The position numbers and the translations under genes are program-made. The notes beneath the pieces are model-generated. The model was not told the DNA's origin, made no database searches, and was given only the letters and a program-made list of their open reading frames with translations. A DNA stretch of 64,000 nucleotides from assembly GCF_009914755.1 (NCBI RefSeq), contig NC_060931.1. The stretch is one strand, 5' to 3'. This document shows positions 12,101-29,185 of the stretch, in pieces (position 1 is the stretch's first letter; every line of letters begins with the position of its first letter). Source of the DNA: the human T2T-CHM13v2.0 reference genome, Homo sapiens.

Positions 12101-15100
12101 AAAATAAATGTTTAACACTGTGAGCTGAATGTGCTCATCACAAAGCAGTTTCTCAGAGAGATTCTTTCTAGTTTTTATCTGAAGATATTTTCCTTATCAC
12201 CATAGGCCTCAAAGCAACCCCAGATATCCTTTTACAGGTTCTGCAAAAAGAGTGTTTCCAAACTGCTGAATGAAATGAAAGTTTTAAATCTGTGAGATGA
12301 ATTCACACATCAGAAAGTACTTTCTCAGATAGCTTCCTTCTAGTTTTTATCATGGGATATTCACTTTTCACCATTGGGTTGAATGAACTCCAAAAAGTCC
12401 ATTCACAGAATGGACAAAAACTTTTTCCACACTGCTGAATCAAATGAAAGGTTTATCTCTGTGAGATGAATGCCCACATCACAAAGTAGTTTCTCAGAAA
12501 TTTCTGTCTAGTTTTTATCTGAATTTATATTGTTTTTCACCATTGGCCTCAGTGAGATCCTAAATGTCCACTCACAGGTTCTACAAAAACAGTGCCTTTA
12601 AACTGCTGAATGAAAAGAAAGATTTAACTCCTCAAGCTGAATGAACACATCAAAAAACAGTTTCTCAGATACCTTCCTTCTAGTTTTTATCCTGGGGTAT
12701 TCCCTTTCTTTGTCATTGGCCTCAGAGAACTCCAAAATGTGCTTTCACACAATGGACAAAAAGAGAGTTTCCATATTACTGAGAAAGGTTTAACTCTGTG
12801 AGATGAATGCACACATCACAAAGCACACATCACAAAGCAGTTTCTCAGAAAGCTTTTTATAATTTTTATCTGAAGATATTTTCTTTTTCACCACATGCCT
12901 CAATGCTCTCCTAAATATCCCTTCGCAGATGCTACAAATACAGTGTTTCCAAACAGCTGAATAAAAAGAAAGGTTTACCTCAGCCAGATGAATACACACA
13001 TCACAAAGCAGTTTATCAGATAGGTTCTTCATAGTTTTTATCATAGGACATTCGATTTTTCACCATTGGACCCAAAGAGCTCCCAAAAGTCCATTTGCAG
13101 AATGGACAAAAACAGTGTTTCCAAAAGGTTGAATGAAAAGAAAAGTTCAATTCTTCGAGATGAGTGTACACATCACAAAGCAGTTTCTCAGACAGCTTTC
13201 TCTTAGTTTTTATATTGGGACATTTTGTTTCTCACTTTTGGCTTCAATGAGCTCCGTAATATCCATTTGCAGAATGGACTAAAGCAGCGTTTCCAAAATG
13301 CTGAATCAAAAGAAAGGTTCAACTCTGTGAGCTGAATGCACACATCACAAAGCAGTCACACAGAAAACTTTTTTCTATATTTTATCTGAGGACATTTTCT
13401 TTTTCACCATACTCCTCAATGTGCTCCCAAATATCCATTCACAGATTCTACAAAAATGGTGGCTCCAAACTGCCTAATGAAAAAAAGATTTAACTCAGGG
13501 AGTTGAATGCACACATCACAAAGCAGTTTCTCAGATAGCTTCCTCTTATTTTTTATCCTTGGACATCCTCTTTCCCCATTGGCCCCAATTTTCTCCCAAA
13601 TGCTTATTCACAGAATGGACAAAAAGAGTGATTCCAAACTGCTGAATCAAAAGAAAGGTTTAACTCAGTGAGATGAATGCACACATCATAAAGAAGTTTC
13701 TCAGAATTATTCTTTCTAGTTTTTATCTGAAGATATTTACTTTTTCACCATAGGCCTCAATATGCTCCCAAATATCCCTCTGCAGACACTGCTAGAAGGA
13801 AGATAGCTTCCTTCTAGTTTTTATCCTGGGATATTCCCTTTTTCTCCATTGCTCTCAATGAGCTCCCAAATGTCCAATCACAGAATGGGCAACAACAGTG
13901 TTTCCAAACTGCTGAACGAAAAGAAAAGAAAGTTTTAATTCTGCAAGATGAATATACACATCAGAAAGCGGTTTCTCATATAGCTTCCTCTCAGTTTTAA
14001 TCCTGAGACATTCACATTATCACCATTGGCCTCACAGTGCCCCCAAATATCCATTCGCAGAATGGACTGAAACAGTGTTCCAAGGTGCTGAATCATAAGA
14101 CAATTTTAACTCTGTGACATGAATGCATACATCTAAAAGCACTTTCTCAGAAAGATACATTCTAGTTATTACCTGAAGACATTTTCTTTTCCATAATAGG
14201 CCTCAGTCAGCTGTGAATTGTCAATTCGCAGATTCTACCAAAAAATGTTTTCCAACTGCTGCATGAAAATAAAGATTTAACTCCTCAATTGAATGCACAC
14301 ATCACAAAGCGGTTTCTCAGATAGCTTCTTTCTAGTTTTTATGCTGGGATATTTGCTTTTTAGCCATTCACCTCAATCATCTCTCAAATGTCCATTCACA
14401 CAATGGACGAAAAAACGGTTTCCAAAGTGCTAAATGAAAAGTTTAACTCTGTGAGATGAATGCACATATCACAAAGCGGTTTCTTGGACAGCTTACTTCT
14501 AGTTTTTATCCTTAGTTATTCGCTTTTTCAACATTGGACTCAGTGAGCTCCCAAAGGTCCATTCACAGAATGGACAGAACACTGTTTCCAAACTGCCAAA
14601 TGAAAAGAAATATATGACACTGCAAGATGAATGCACACATCACAAAGAGTTTCCTCAGATAACTTCTTTCTAATTTCCTTTTTCACCATAGGCCTCAATG
14701 AGCTCCCAAATATCCCTTTGCAGATGCTACAAAAAAAGTGTTTCTAAACTGCTGAATGACAAGAAATGTTTCACTTTGTGGGATGAATGCACACACCACA
14801 AAGCGGTTTCACAGATGGATTCCTTCTACTTTTTATCTTGGGATTTTCGAGTTTTTCCTTTTGGCCTCAGTGAGATCCCAAATGTCCATTCACAGAATGG
14901 ACAAAATCAGTGTTTCCACACTGCCGAGTCAAAGGAATGCTTTAACTAAGTGAGGTAAATGCACACATCACAAAGGAGTATCTCAGAAAGTTTCCTTCTA
15001 CTTTTTATGTGAAGATATTTTCTTTTTCACAATAGGCTTCAATGTGCACCCAAATATCCATTTGCAGTTTCCTCAAAAACAGTGTTTCCAAACTGCTGAA

Positions 15101-16859
15101 TGAAAAGTATGGCTTTACTCTGTGAGATGAAAGCACAAGTCACAAAATGGTTTCTCAGATAGTTTCTTCTAGTTTTTATAATAGGATATTCACTTTTTTG
15201 CCTTGGGCCTCAAATAGCTCCAAAATGTCCACTCACAGTGTGGACAAAAACAGTGTTTTCAAACTGCTAAATAAAAAGAAATGTTTATCTCTGTGAAGTG
15301 AATGCAAACATCACCAAGCAGTTTCTCAGAAAACTTCTTTCTCGTTTTTATCTGAAGATATTTTCTTTTTCACCATAGGCCTCATTAGGCTCCCAAATAT
15401 CCCTTCGCAGATTCTACAAAAAGAGTGTTTCCAAACTGCTGAATAAAAAAAAAGTTTAACTCTGTGAGATGAATGCACACATCACAAAGCAGTTTTTCAG
15501 ATAATTTCTTTTAGTTTTTATCCTGGATTATTTGCTTTTTCACCATTGGCCTCAATGAGCTCCCAAATATTCACTCACAGAATGGACAAAAACAGTTTTT
15601 CCAAACTCCTAAATGAAAAGAAAGGTTTAACTCTGCAAGGTGAATTCACATATCACAAAGCAGTATCTCAGATAACTTCCTTTGCATTATTATCCTGGGA
15701 AAGTCGCTTTTTTGCCTTTGGCCTCAATGAACTCCCAAATGTCCATTCAGAGTAGACAATCACAGTCTTTCCAAACTGCTGAATCAAAAGAAAGGTTTAA
15801 TGCTCTGAAATGAATGCACTCATCATGAAGTGGTTTCTCAGATTGCTTCCTTCTGGTTTTTATCCTCGGATGTTCACTCTTTCACCCTTGGCCTCAATGA
15901 GCTCCCAAATGTCCATTTGCAGAACGGACAAAAACAGTGATTCCAAACTGCTGAATCAAAAGAAAGGTTTAATTCTGTGGGATGAAGGCAAACATCACAA
16001 GAAGTTTCTCAGATAGCTTCCTTCTAGTTTTTATCCTGGGATATACCCCTTTTCACCATGGGACTTAATGAGTTCCAAAATGTCCATTCACAGAATGGAC
16101 TAAAACAGGGTTTCCAAATTGGTGAATCAAGAGTAAGGTTTAACTCTGTGAGATAAATGCACACATCACAAAGCAGTTTCTCAGAAAGATTCTTTCTAGT
16201 TTTTATCTGAAGTTATTTTCTTTGTCAATATAGGCATCAATGCGCTCCCAAGTATCCATTTACTATTCTAAAAAAACAGTGTTTCCAAATTGCTGAAGAA
16301 AAAGAAGGGTTTAATTCTAGTGATGAATGCACACCTCTTAAAGTGGTTTCTCAGATAGCTTCCTTCTAGTTTTTTTCCTGTGATTTTCGCTTTTTCACCA
16401 TTGGCCTCAATGAGCTCCATAATGTCCTTTCGCAGAATGGGCAAGAACAGTGTTTCCAAACTGCTGCATCAAAAGAATGGTTTAACTCTGTGAGATGAAT
16501 GCACACATCACAAAGAAGTTTCTCAGAAAGCTTCTTTCTGGTTTTTATCTGAAGACATTTTCTTTTTCAGCATAGACCTCAATTTGCTCCCAAATATCTC
16601 TTCCCAGGTTATCCAAAAACAGTGTTTGCAAACTGATGAATGAAAAGAAAGTTTTAACTCTGTGAGATGAATGCACACATCACAAACCGGTTTCTAAGAT
16701 AGCTATCCTCCAGTTTATATCTTGAGATATTGACTTTTCCGCCATTGTCCTCAATGAGCTCCTGAATACCACTTCAGAGATTCTACAAAAAAAGTGTTTC
16801 TAAACTGCTGAATGAAAAGTTATGTTTCACTCTGTGATATCAATGCACACATCACAAAG

Positions 16860-18228
16860 CAGAGTCTCAGATACTTCCTTCTAGTTTTTATCCTGCAGTA
16901 TTCCCTTTTTCATCATAGGCCTCAATGAGCTCAGAAGTGTCCATTCACAGAATGGACAAAACAGTGTTTCCAAACTGCTAAATCAAAAGGAAGGTTTAAC
17001 TCAGTGAGATGAATGTACACATCACAAAACACTTTCTCAGAAAGCTTCTTTCTGGTTTTTATCTGAGCATTTTTTTTTCTCCATAGGCCTCAATGTGCCC
17101 CCAAATATCCCTTCTCAGATTCTAAAAAAGAGTGTTTCAACACTGCTGAAAGAAATGCAAGATTTAACTCTGTGAGATGAATGAACAGAACACAACGTGG
17201 TTTCTCAGATAGCTTCCTTCTAGTTTTTACACTGGGATATTCCCTTTTGCACCATTGGTCTCAATGAGCTCCCAAATGTGCACTCACAGAATGGGCAAAA
17301 ACAGTGTTTCCAAACTGCTGAATCACAAGAAAGATTTAACTATATGAAATCCATTAACACAGTACAAAGCAGTTTCTCAGGACGCTTCTTTCTATTCTTT
17401 ATCTGTAGCTATTTTCTTTTTCACCATAGGCTTCACTGTGATCCCAAATATCCCTTCGCAGATTCTATAAAAACAGCATTTCCAATCTGCTGAATGAAAA
17501 GAAAGATTTAACTCTGCAGGATTAATGCACACATCACAGAGCAGAGTCTTAGATAGCTTCCTTCCAGTTTTTATCCTGGGGTATTCACTTTTTCACCATA
17601 GGCTTCAATGAGCTCACAAATGTCCATTTGCAGAAAGGACAAAACAGTGTTTCCAAACTGCTAAATCAAAAGGAAGGTTTAACTCAGTGAGACGAATGTA
17701 CACATCACAAAACACTTTCTCAGAAAGCTTCTTTCTTGTTTTTATCTGAGCATATTTCCTTTTCACCATAGGCCTCAATTTGCCCCCAAATATCCCTTCT
17801 CAGATTCTAAAAAGGAGGTTTAAACACTGCTGAAAGAAAAGAAAGATTTAACTCTGTGAGATGAATGAACAGATAACAACGTGTTTTCTCAGATAGCTTT
17901 CTTCTAGTTTTTATCCTGGGATATTCCCTTTTGCACTATTGGTCTCAATGAGCTCCCAAATGTCCATTTTCATAATGGGCAAAAACAGTGTTTCCAAACT
18001 GCTGAATCAAAAGAAAGATTTAACTATGTGAGATCTATGCACACATCACAAAGCAGCTTCTTAGAACGCTTCTTTCTGGATTTTATCTATAGATATTTTC
18101 TTTTTCACCATAGGCCTCACTGTCATCCCAAATATCCCTTCACAGATTCTATAAAAACAGCGTTTCCAACCTGCTGAATGAAAAGAAAGGTTTAACACTG
18201 CAGGATCAATGCACCCATCACAGAGTAG
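16860..18228 (-). repeat. Old tandem duplication of a 4-monomer (~683 bp) unit
   Basis: Shared private variants at ~683 bp offset: GCTAAATCAAAAGGAAGG, CACAAAACACTTT, CTGAGCAT, GCCCCCAAAT, CACTGCTGAAAGAAA, CAACGTG, CTGCAGGAT. Confidence 0.88.
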
Positions 18229-21200
18229 TTTCTAAGATAGCTTCCTTCTAGTTTTTATCCTGGGATATTATCTTTTTCACCATTGACCTCAATGAGCTCC
18301 CAAATGTCCATTTGCAGAATGGGCCAAAACAGTGTTTCTAAACTGCTGAATCAAAACAAAGTTTTAGCTTTGTGAGATGAATGCACACATCACAAAGCAG
18401 TTTCTCAGAAAGCTTCTTTCTAGTTTTTATCTGAAGATATTTTCCTTTTCACCATAGGCCTCAATGAGCTCCAAAATATCCCTTTGCAGATTCTACAAAA
18501 CCGTGTTTCCAAACTGCTGAATGAAAAGAAATGTTTAAGTCATGAGACAAATGCACTTATCACAAATCGGTTTCTCAGATAGCTTTCTTTTCATTTTTAT
18601 CCTTGGATATTTTCTCTTTGACAATTGGCCTCAATGAGCTCATAAATGTCCATTCACAAAATGGACAAAAACACTGTTTCCAAACTGCTGAATGAAAAGA
18701 AAGTTTTAACACTGTGAGATGAATGCACAAATCACAGAGCAGTTTCTCAGGTAGATTCCTTCACGTTTTTCCTGTTATATTCACTTTTACACTATTGGCC
18801 ACAAAGAGCTCCTGAAAGACCATTCACAGAATGCACAAAAGCAGTGTTTCCAAAATACTGAATCAAAAGAATGATTTAGCTCTGTAAGACGAATGCAAAC
18901 AGCACAAAGCTGTTTCTCAGAAAGGTTCCTTCTGGCTTTTATCCTAAGTTATTCACTTTTTTGCCATTTGCCTCAATGAGCTGCCAAATGTCCATTTGCA
19001 GAATGGAAAAAAACACTGTTTCCATACTTCTGAATGAAAACAAAGTTTAACTCTATGACAGGATGAAGTCTCAATGAGCTCCCAAATATCCATTTGAAGA
19101 ATGGGGAAAAACAATTTTTCCAAACTCCTGAATCAAAAGGAAGGTTTAACTCTGTGAGATGAACACACACATCACAAAGCATTTTCTAAGAAAGCTTCAT
19201 TCTAGTTTCTGTGTGAAGATATTTTCTTTTTAACCATAGGCATTGATGATCTCCCAAATATCCCTTCACAGATTCTACACAGTTTTTCAAAACTGCTGAA
19301 TGAAAAAAAAGTTTTAAATCTGTGAGATGAATGCACACAGCATAAAGCAGTTTCAATGAAAGCTACTTTCTAGTTTTTATCTGAAGATATTTTCTGTTTC
19401 ACCTTAGGCCTCAATGTGGTCTCTATATCACTTCACAGATTCTACAAAAACAGTGTTTTCAAACTGCTGAATGAAAAGAACACTATACATCTCCAAGATG
19501 AATGCACCCATCAAAAAGTGGTTTCTCAGATAGCTTCCTTCTTGTTTTTATCCTGGGATATTCCCTTTTTTGCTATTAGCCTCAACGGTCTCCCAAATGT
19601 CCATTGGCAGAATGGACAATGACAGTGTTTCCAAACAGCTGAATGAAAAGTAATTTTTAACTCTGTGATATGAATGCACACATCAGAAAGTGGTTTCTCA
19701 GATAGACTCATTGTAGTTTTTATCGTGAGATATTTGCTTTTTCACCACTGACCTCAAAGAACTCCTAAATTTCCATTTGTAGAATGGACAAAAATATTGT
19801 TTCCAACCTCCTGAAATGAAAAAAATTTTAACTCTCTGAGATGAATGCACACTTCACAAAGCAGTTTCTCAGAAAGCTTCATTCTAATTTTCATCTGAAG
19901 ATATTTTGTTTTTCACCATAGGCCTCAATGCACTCCCAAATATCCCTTCACAGATTCTACAAAAACAGTGTTTCCAAGCGGCTGAATGAAAACAAAGGTT
20001 TAACTCTGTGAGCTGAATGCACACATCACAAAGCAGTTTCTCAGATAGCATCCTTCTAGTTTATCCTGGGATATATGCTTTTTCACCATTGGCCTGAATG
20101 GGCTCGAAAATGTCCATTTGCAGAATGGACAAAAACAGTGTTTCCAAATGGTTTAATGAAAAGCAACGTTTATCTCTTTGTGATGAATGCATTCATCACA
20201 AAGCTGTTTCTCAGGTGGCTTCACTCTGGTTTTTATCCTGGGATACTTGCTTTTCCTCCACTGGCCTCAATGTGCTCCAAATATTCCTTCACAGATTCTA
20301 CAAAAACACTGTTTCCACACAGCTGAATGAAAGGAAAGGTTCAACACTACGAGATGAATGCACACATCAAAAAGTGATTTCTCAGATAGATTCCTTTTAG
20401 TTTTTATCCTGGAATATTCGATTTTTCTCCATTGGCTTTGATGAGCTCCCAAATGTCCATTTGCAGAATTTACAAAACAGTGTTTCCAAACTGCTGAATC
20501 AAAAGAAATGTTTCTCTGTGAGATGAAATTACATATCAGAAAGCAGTTCCTCAGAAATCTTCCTTCTAATTTTTATCTGAGGATATTTTTCTTTTCACCA
20601 TAAGCCTCAATGTGTTCCCAAGTATCCCTTCACAAATTCTTCACAAACAGTGTTTCCAAACCACTAATGGAAAAGAATACTTAAACTCTGCAATATGAAT
20701 GCACACATCCCAAAGCAGTTTCTCATAGCTTCCTTCTGGGTTTTTACTTTTGGATATTCTCTTTTCTGCAATTGGTCTCAATGAGCTCCCAAAATCCATT
20801 TGCAGAATGGACAAAAACAGTGTTTCCGAACTGCTGAATGAAAAGAAATGTTTACCTCTGTGAGATGAATGCACACATCAGAAAGCAGTTTCTCAGATAG
20901 CTTCCTTCTAGTTTTTATCCTGGGATATACAATTTTCACCTTTGGCCTAAATGATCTCCCACATCTCCATTCACTGAATGGAAAAAAAAAAACAGTGTTC
21001 TGTGTTTGCAAACTGCTGAATCAAAAGAAAGTTTAAACTCTGTGAGATCATTGCACACATCACAAAGCAGTATCTCAGAAAGTTTTATTGTAGTTTTCTT
21101 CTGAAGATATTTTGTTTTTCACCTTAGGCCTCAATGCCCTCCCAAATATGCCTTCATAGGTTCTACAAAAACAGTGTTTCCAAACTGCTAAATGAAAAGA

Positions 21201-22284
21201 AAGCATTAACTCTATGAGACCATCAAAAAGTGGTTTCTCAGATAGCTTCATTCTGGTTTTTATCCTGGGATATGCACTCTTTTGCCATTGGCCTCAGAGC
21301 TCCCAAATATGCATTCGCAGAAGAGACAAAAATAGTGTTTCCAAACTGCTGAATCAAAAGAAAGGTTTAACCCTATGAGTTGAAGGAACCCATCACAAAG
21401 CAGTTTTTTCTGAAAGCTTCTTTCTAGCTTTAATCTGAAGATAATTTTTTTTACCATGGGCCCCATTATGCTCCTAAATACCCCTTAGCAGATTTTATAA
21501 AAACAGTTTTTCCAAACTAATGAATGAAAATAAAGGATTAACTCTATGAGAAGAAGGCAGACATCACAAAGCAGTTTCTCAGGTCGCTTCCTTCTAGTTT
21601 TTATCCTGCAATATTTGCTTTTTCAGAATTGGCCTAAATGAGCTCCCAAATATATGTTCCCAGAATATGCAAAAATAGTATTTACAAGCTGCCAAATCAA
21701 AAGGAAAATTTATCTGTGTGCAATGAATGCACATATCACAAAACTATTTCTCAAGTAGCTTAGTTCTGGTTTTTATCCTGGGATATTCACTTTTCCTCCA
21801 TTGGCCTCAATGAGCTCCCAAATGTCCATTCACAGAAGGGACAAAAACACGGTTTCCAAACTGCTGAATCAAAAGAAAGGTTTAACTCTGTGAGATGAAG
21901 GAACTTATAACAAATCAGTTTCTCAGAAGGCTTCTTTCTAGTTTAAATTTGAAGATATTTTCTTTTTCACCATGGGACCAAATGTGCTCCCAGTTACCCC
22001 TTCACAGATTCTACAAAAACAGTGTTTCCAAACAGCTGAATGAAAAGAAAAGATTACCTCTACAAGATGAAGGCAGACATCACAAAGCTTTTTCTCAGAT
22101 GGCTTTCTTCTAGTTTTTACCCTGGGGTATTCACTTTTTCACCATTGGCCTCAATGAGCTGCCAAATGTACATTCACAAAATGGAGAAAGACAGTGTTCC
22201 CAATTGTTGAATCAAAAGAAAAGTTTAACTGTGTGAGATGAAGGAACACATCACAAAGCAGTTTCTCACAAAGCTTCTTTCTAC

Positions 22285-22481
22285 TTTTTTTTCTTTTTTT
22301 TTTCTATTTTTAATGTTTTTTTTTTTATTATACTCTAAGTTTTAGGGTACATGTGCACATTGTGCAGGTTAGATACATATGTATACATGTGCCATGCTGG
22401 TGCGCTGCACCCACTAACGTGTCATCTAGCATTAGGTATATCTCCCAATGCTATCCCTCCCCCCTCCCCCGACCCCACCAC
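22285..22481 (-). mobile_element. L1HS pre-Ta 3' fragment (~197 bp including A-tail)
   Basis: CCCACTAACGTGTCATC reads GATGAC-ACG-TTAGTGGG on the minus strand (pre-Ta ACG). TATACTCTAAG gives the L1HS G diagnostic near the tail. There is no TSD; the flanks rejoin the satellite at CTA(C)TTTTT | CTGAAGATAT. Confidence 0.9.
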
Positions 22482-24278
22482 TGAAGATATTTTCTTTTTC
22501 ACCAGAGGCTCCAATGCCCTCCCAAACATCCCTTCATAGATTCTACAAAAACAGATTTTCCACACTACTGAATGAAAAGAATGATTTAACTCTATGAGAT
22601 GAATGTATACATCACAAAATTGTTTCTCAGATAGCTTCCTTCTAGTTCTTATCCTGAGATATTTGATTTTTTGCCAATGACCTCAATGAGCTCCGAAATG
22701 AACATTCACAGAATTTACAAAAAACAATATTCCCAAACTGCTAAATCAAAAGAAAGGTTTAATTCTGTGAGATGAAAGGACATATCTCAAAGCATTTTCT
22801 CAGAAATCTTTCTAGTTTTTATCTGAAGATATTTTCCTTTCCACCATAGGTCTCAATGCGCTCCCAAATATCTCTTCACAGATTCATCAAAAATAGTGTT
22901 TCCAAACTGCTGAAGGAAAAGAATGGTTTAACTCCACGAGATGAATGCAGACATCTCAAAGCAATTTCTCATAGCTTCCTTCTGGGTTTTTGTTTTTGGA
23001 TATTCTCTTTTTTACTATTGGCCTCAATGAGCTCAAAAATCAATTCACAGAATGGACAATCACAGTGTTTCCAAACTGCTGAATGAAAAGAAACATTTTT
23101 CTCAGAGAGATGAATGTGCATATGACAAAGTGGTTTCTCCAATAGCTTCTTTCCAGTTCTTATCCTGGTATATTCTTTTTTTCACCATTGGCCACAAAGA
23201 TCTCCCAAATGTCCATTCATATAATGGACAAAAACAGGGTTTCCAAACTGCTGAATCAAAAGAATGGTTTAACCCTGTGAGATTCATGCACAAATCACAA
23301 AGCAGTTTCTCAGAAAGATTCTTTCTAATTTTTATCTGAAGATATTTCCTTTTTCATCATTAGCCTCAATCCGATCCAAAAGATTGCTTCTCAGATTCTA
23401 CAAAAACAGCATTTCCACAGTGCTGAATCAAAAAAAATGAACCCTGCAAGATGAATGCACATATCACAAGCCAGTTTCTCAGATAAATTCCTTCTAGTTT
23501 TTATCCTGGTATATTAGCTTTTTCATCTTAGGCATCAACGGGCTCCCAAATCTCCTTTCACAGAAATGAGAAATCCGTCTTTCCAAATAGCTGAATGAAA
23601 AGAAAGATTTAACTCTATGAGATGAATGCACATATCACTAAGCTGTTTCTCATGTAGCTTCCTTCTAGTTTTTATCCTGGGATATTCGCTTTCTCACCAC
23701 TGGCCTAGATGAGCTCCCAAATGTCCATTCACAGAAAGGACAAAAGCAGTGTTTACAAACTGCTGAATCAAAAAAAAATTTAACTCTGTGAGATGAAGGC
23801 ACACATCACAACGCAGCTTCTCAGAAAGCTTCTTTCTATTTTTTATCTAAAGATATTTTCTTTTTAAGCATAGGCCACAACATTCCCCAATTATCCCTTC
23901 ACAGATTCTACAAAAACAGTGTTTCCAAACTGCGGAACAAAAAGAAAGGTTTAATTATGAGTGATTAATGCACACATCACAAAACGATTTCTCAGGTAGC
24001 TTCTTTCTAGTTTTCATCATGGGATTTTCGGTTTTTTGTTTTTGTTTTTGTTTTTTTTTTTAATTTTTTTTTTATTATACTCTAAGTTTTAGGGTACATG
24101 TGCACATTGTGCAGGTTAGTTACATATGTATACATGTGCCATGCTGGTGCGCTGCACCCACTAACGTGTCATCTAGCATTAGGTATATCTCCCAATGCTA
24201 TCCCTCCCCCCTCCCCCGACCCCACCACAGTCCCCAGAGTGTGATGTTCCCCTTCCTGTGTCCAAGTGATCTCATTGT

Positions 24279-28129
<3,851 letters not shown>

Positions 28130-28168
28130 TCATTAGTTGATGCAGTTTCTTCCTAGTCTCGATGGTCT

Positions 28169-29185
28169 TTACATTTTGGCATGATTTTGCAGCGGCTGGT
28201 ACCGGTTGTTCCTTTCCATGTTTAGCACTTCCTTCAGGAGCTCTTTTAGGGCAGGCCTGGTGGTGACAAAATCTCTCAGCATTTGCTTGTCTATAAAGTA
28301 TTTTATTTCTCCTTCACTTATGAAGCTTAGTTTGGCTGGATATGAAATTCTGGGTTGAAAATTCTTTTCTTTAAGAATATGGAATATTGGCCCCCACTCT
28401 CTTCTGGCTTGTAGGGTTTCTGCCGAGAGATCCGCTGTTAGTCTGATGGGCTTTCCTTTGAGGGTAACCCGACCTTTCTCTCTGGCTGCCCTTAACATTT
28501 TTTCCTTCATTTCAACTTTGGTGAATCTGACAATTATGTGTCTTGGAGTTGCTCTTCTCGAGGAGTATCTTTGTGGCGTTCTCTGTATTTCCTGAATCTG
28601 AACGTTGGCCTGCCTTGCTAGATTGGGGAAGTTCTCCTGGATAATATCCTGCAGAGTGTTTTCCAACTTGGTTCCATTCTCCCCATCACTTTCAGGTACA
28701 CCAATCAGACGTAGATTTGGTCTTTTCACATAGTCCCATATTTCTTGGAGACTTTGCTCATTTCTTTTTATTCTTTTTTCTCTAAACTTCCCTTCTCGCT
28801 TCATTTCATTCATTTCATCTTCCATTGCTGATACCCTTTCTTCCAGTTGATTGCATCGGCTCCTGAGGCTTCTGCATTCTTCACGTAGTTCTCGAGCCTT
28901 GGTTTTCAGCTCCATCAGCTCCTTTAAGCACTTCTCTGTATTGGTTATTCTAGTTATACATTCTTCTAAATTTTTTTCAAAGTTTTCAACTTCTTTGCCT
29001 TTGGTTTGAATGTCCTCCCGTAGCTCAGAGTAATTTGATCGTCTGAAGCCTTCTTCTCTCAGCTCGTCAAAATCATTCTCCATCCAGCTTTGTTCTGTTG
29101 CTGGTGAGGAACTGCGTTCCTTTGGAGGAGGAGAGGCGCTCTGCGTTTTAGAGTTTCCAGTTTTTCTGTTCTGTTTTTTCCCCAT
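28169..29185 (-). CDS. L1 ORF1: LINE-1 ORF1p (338 aa RNA-binding chaperone), intact reading frame
   Basis: MGKKQNRKTGNSKTQSAS...REKG...ARR...YPAKLS...NHAKM. Canonical length, with L1HS-type residues (SKTQ, KYFIDK). Confidence 0.96.
   Translation of the reverse strand: MGKKQNRKTGNSKTQSASPPPKERSSSPATEQSWMENDFDELREEGFRRSNYSELREDIQTKGKEVENFEKNLEECITRITNTEKCLKELMELKTKARELREECRSLRSRCNQLEERVSAMEDEMNEMKREGKFREKRIKRNEQSLQEIWDYVKRPNLRLIGVPESDGENGTKLENTLQDIIQENFPNLARQANVQIQEIQRTPQRYSSRRATPRHIIVRFTKVEMKEKMLRAAREKGRVTLKGKPIRLTADLSAETLQARREWGPIFHILKEKNFQPRISYPAKLSFISEGEIKYFIDKQMLRDFVTTRPALKELLKEVLNMERNNRYQPLQNHAKM

Noticed and set aside
12809-12838. 14-bp tandem duplication GCACACATCACAAA, plus other small indels (e.g. 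~2005, ~2830, ~19067, ~50020, ~55370, ~56100)
   Set aside because: Ordinary slippage or microhomology indels expected in a decaying satellite.
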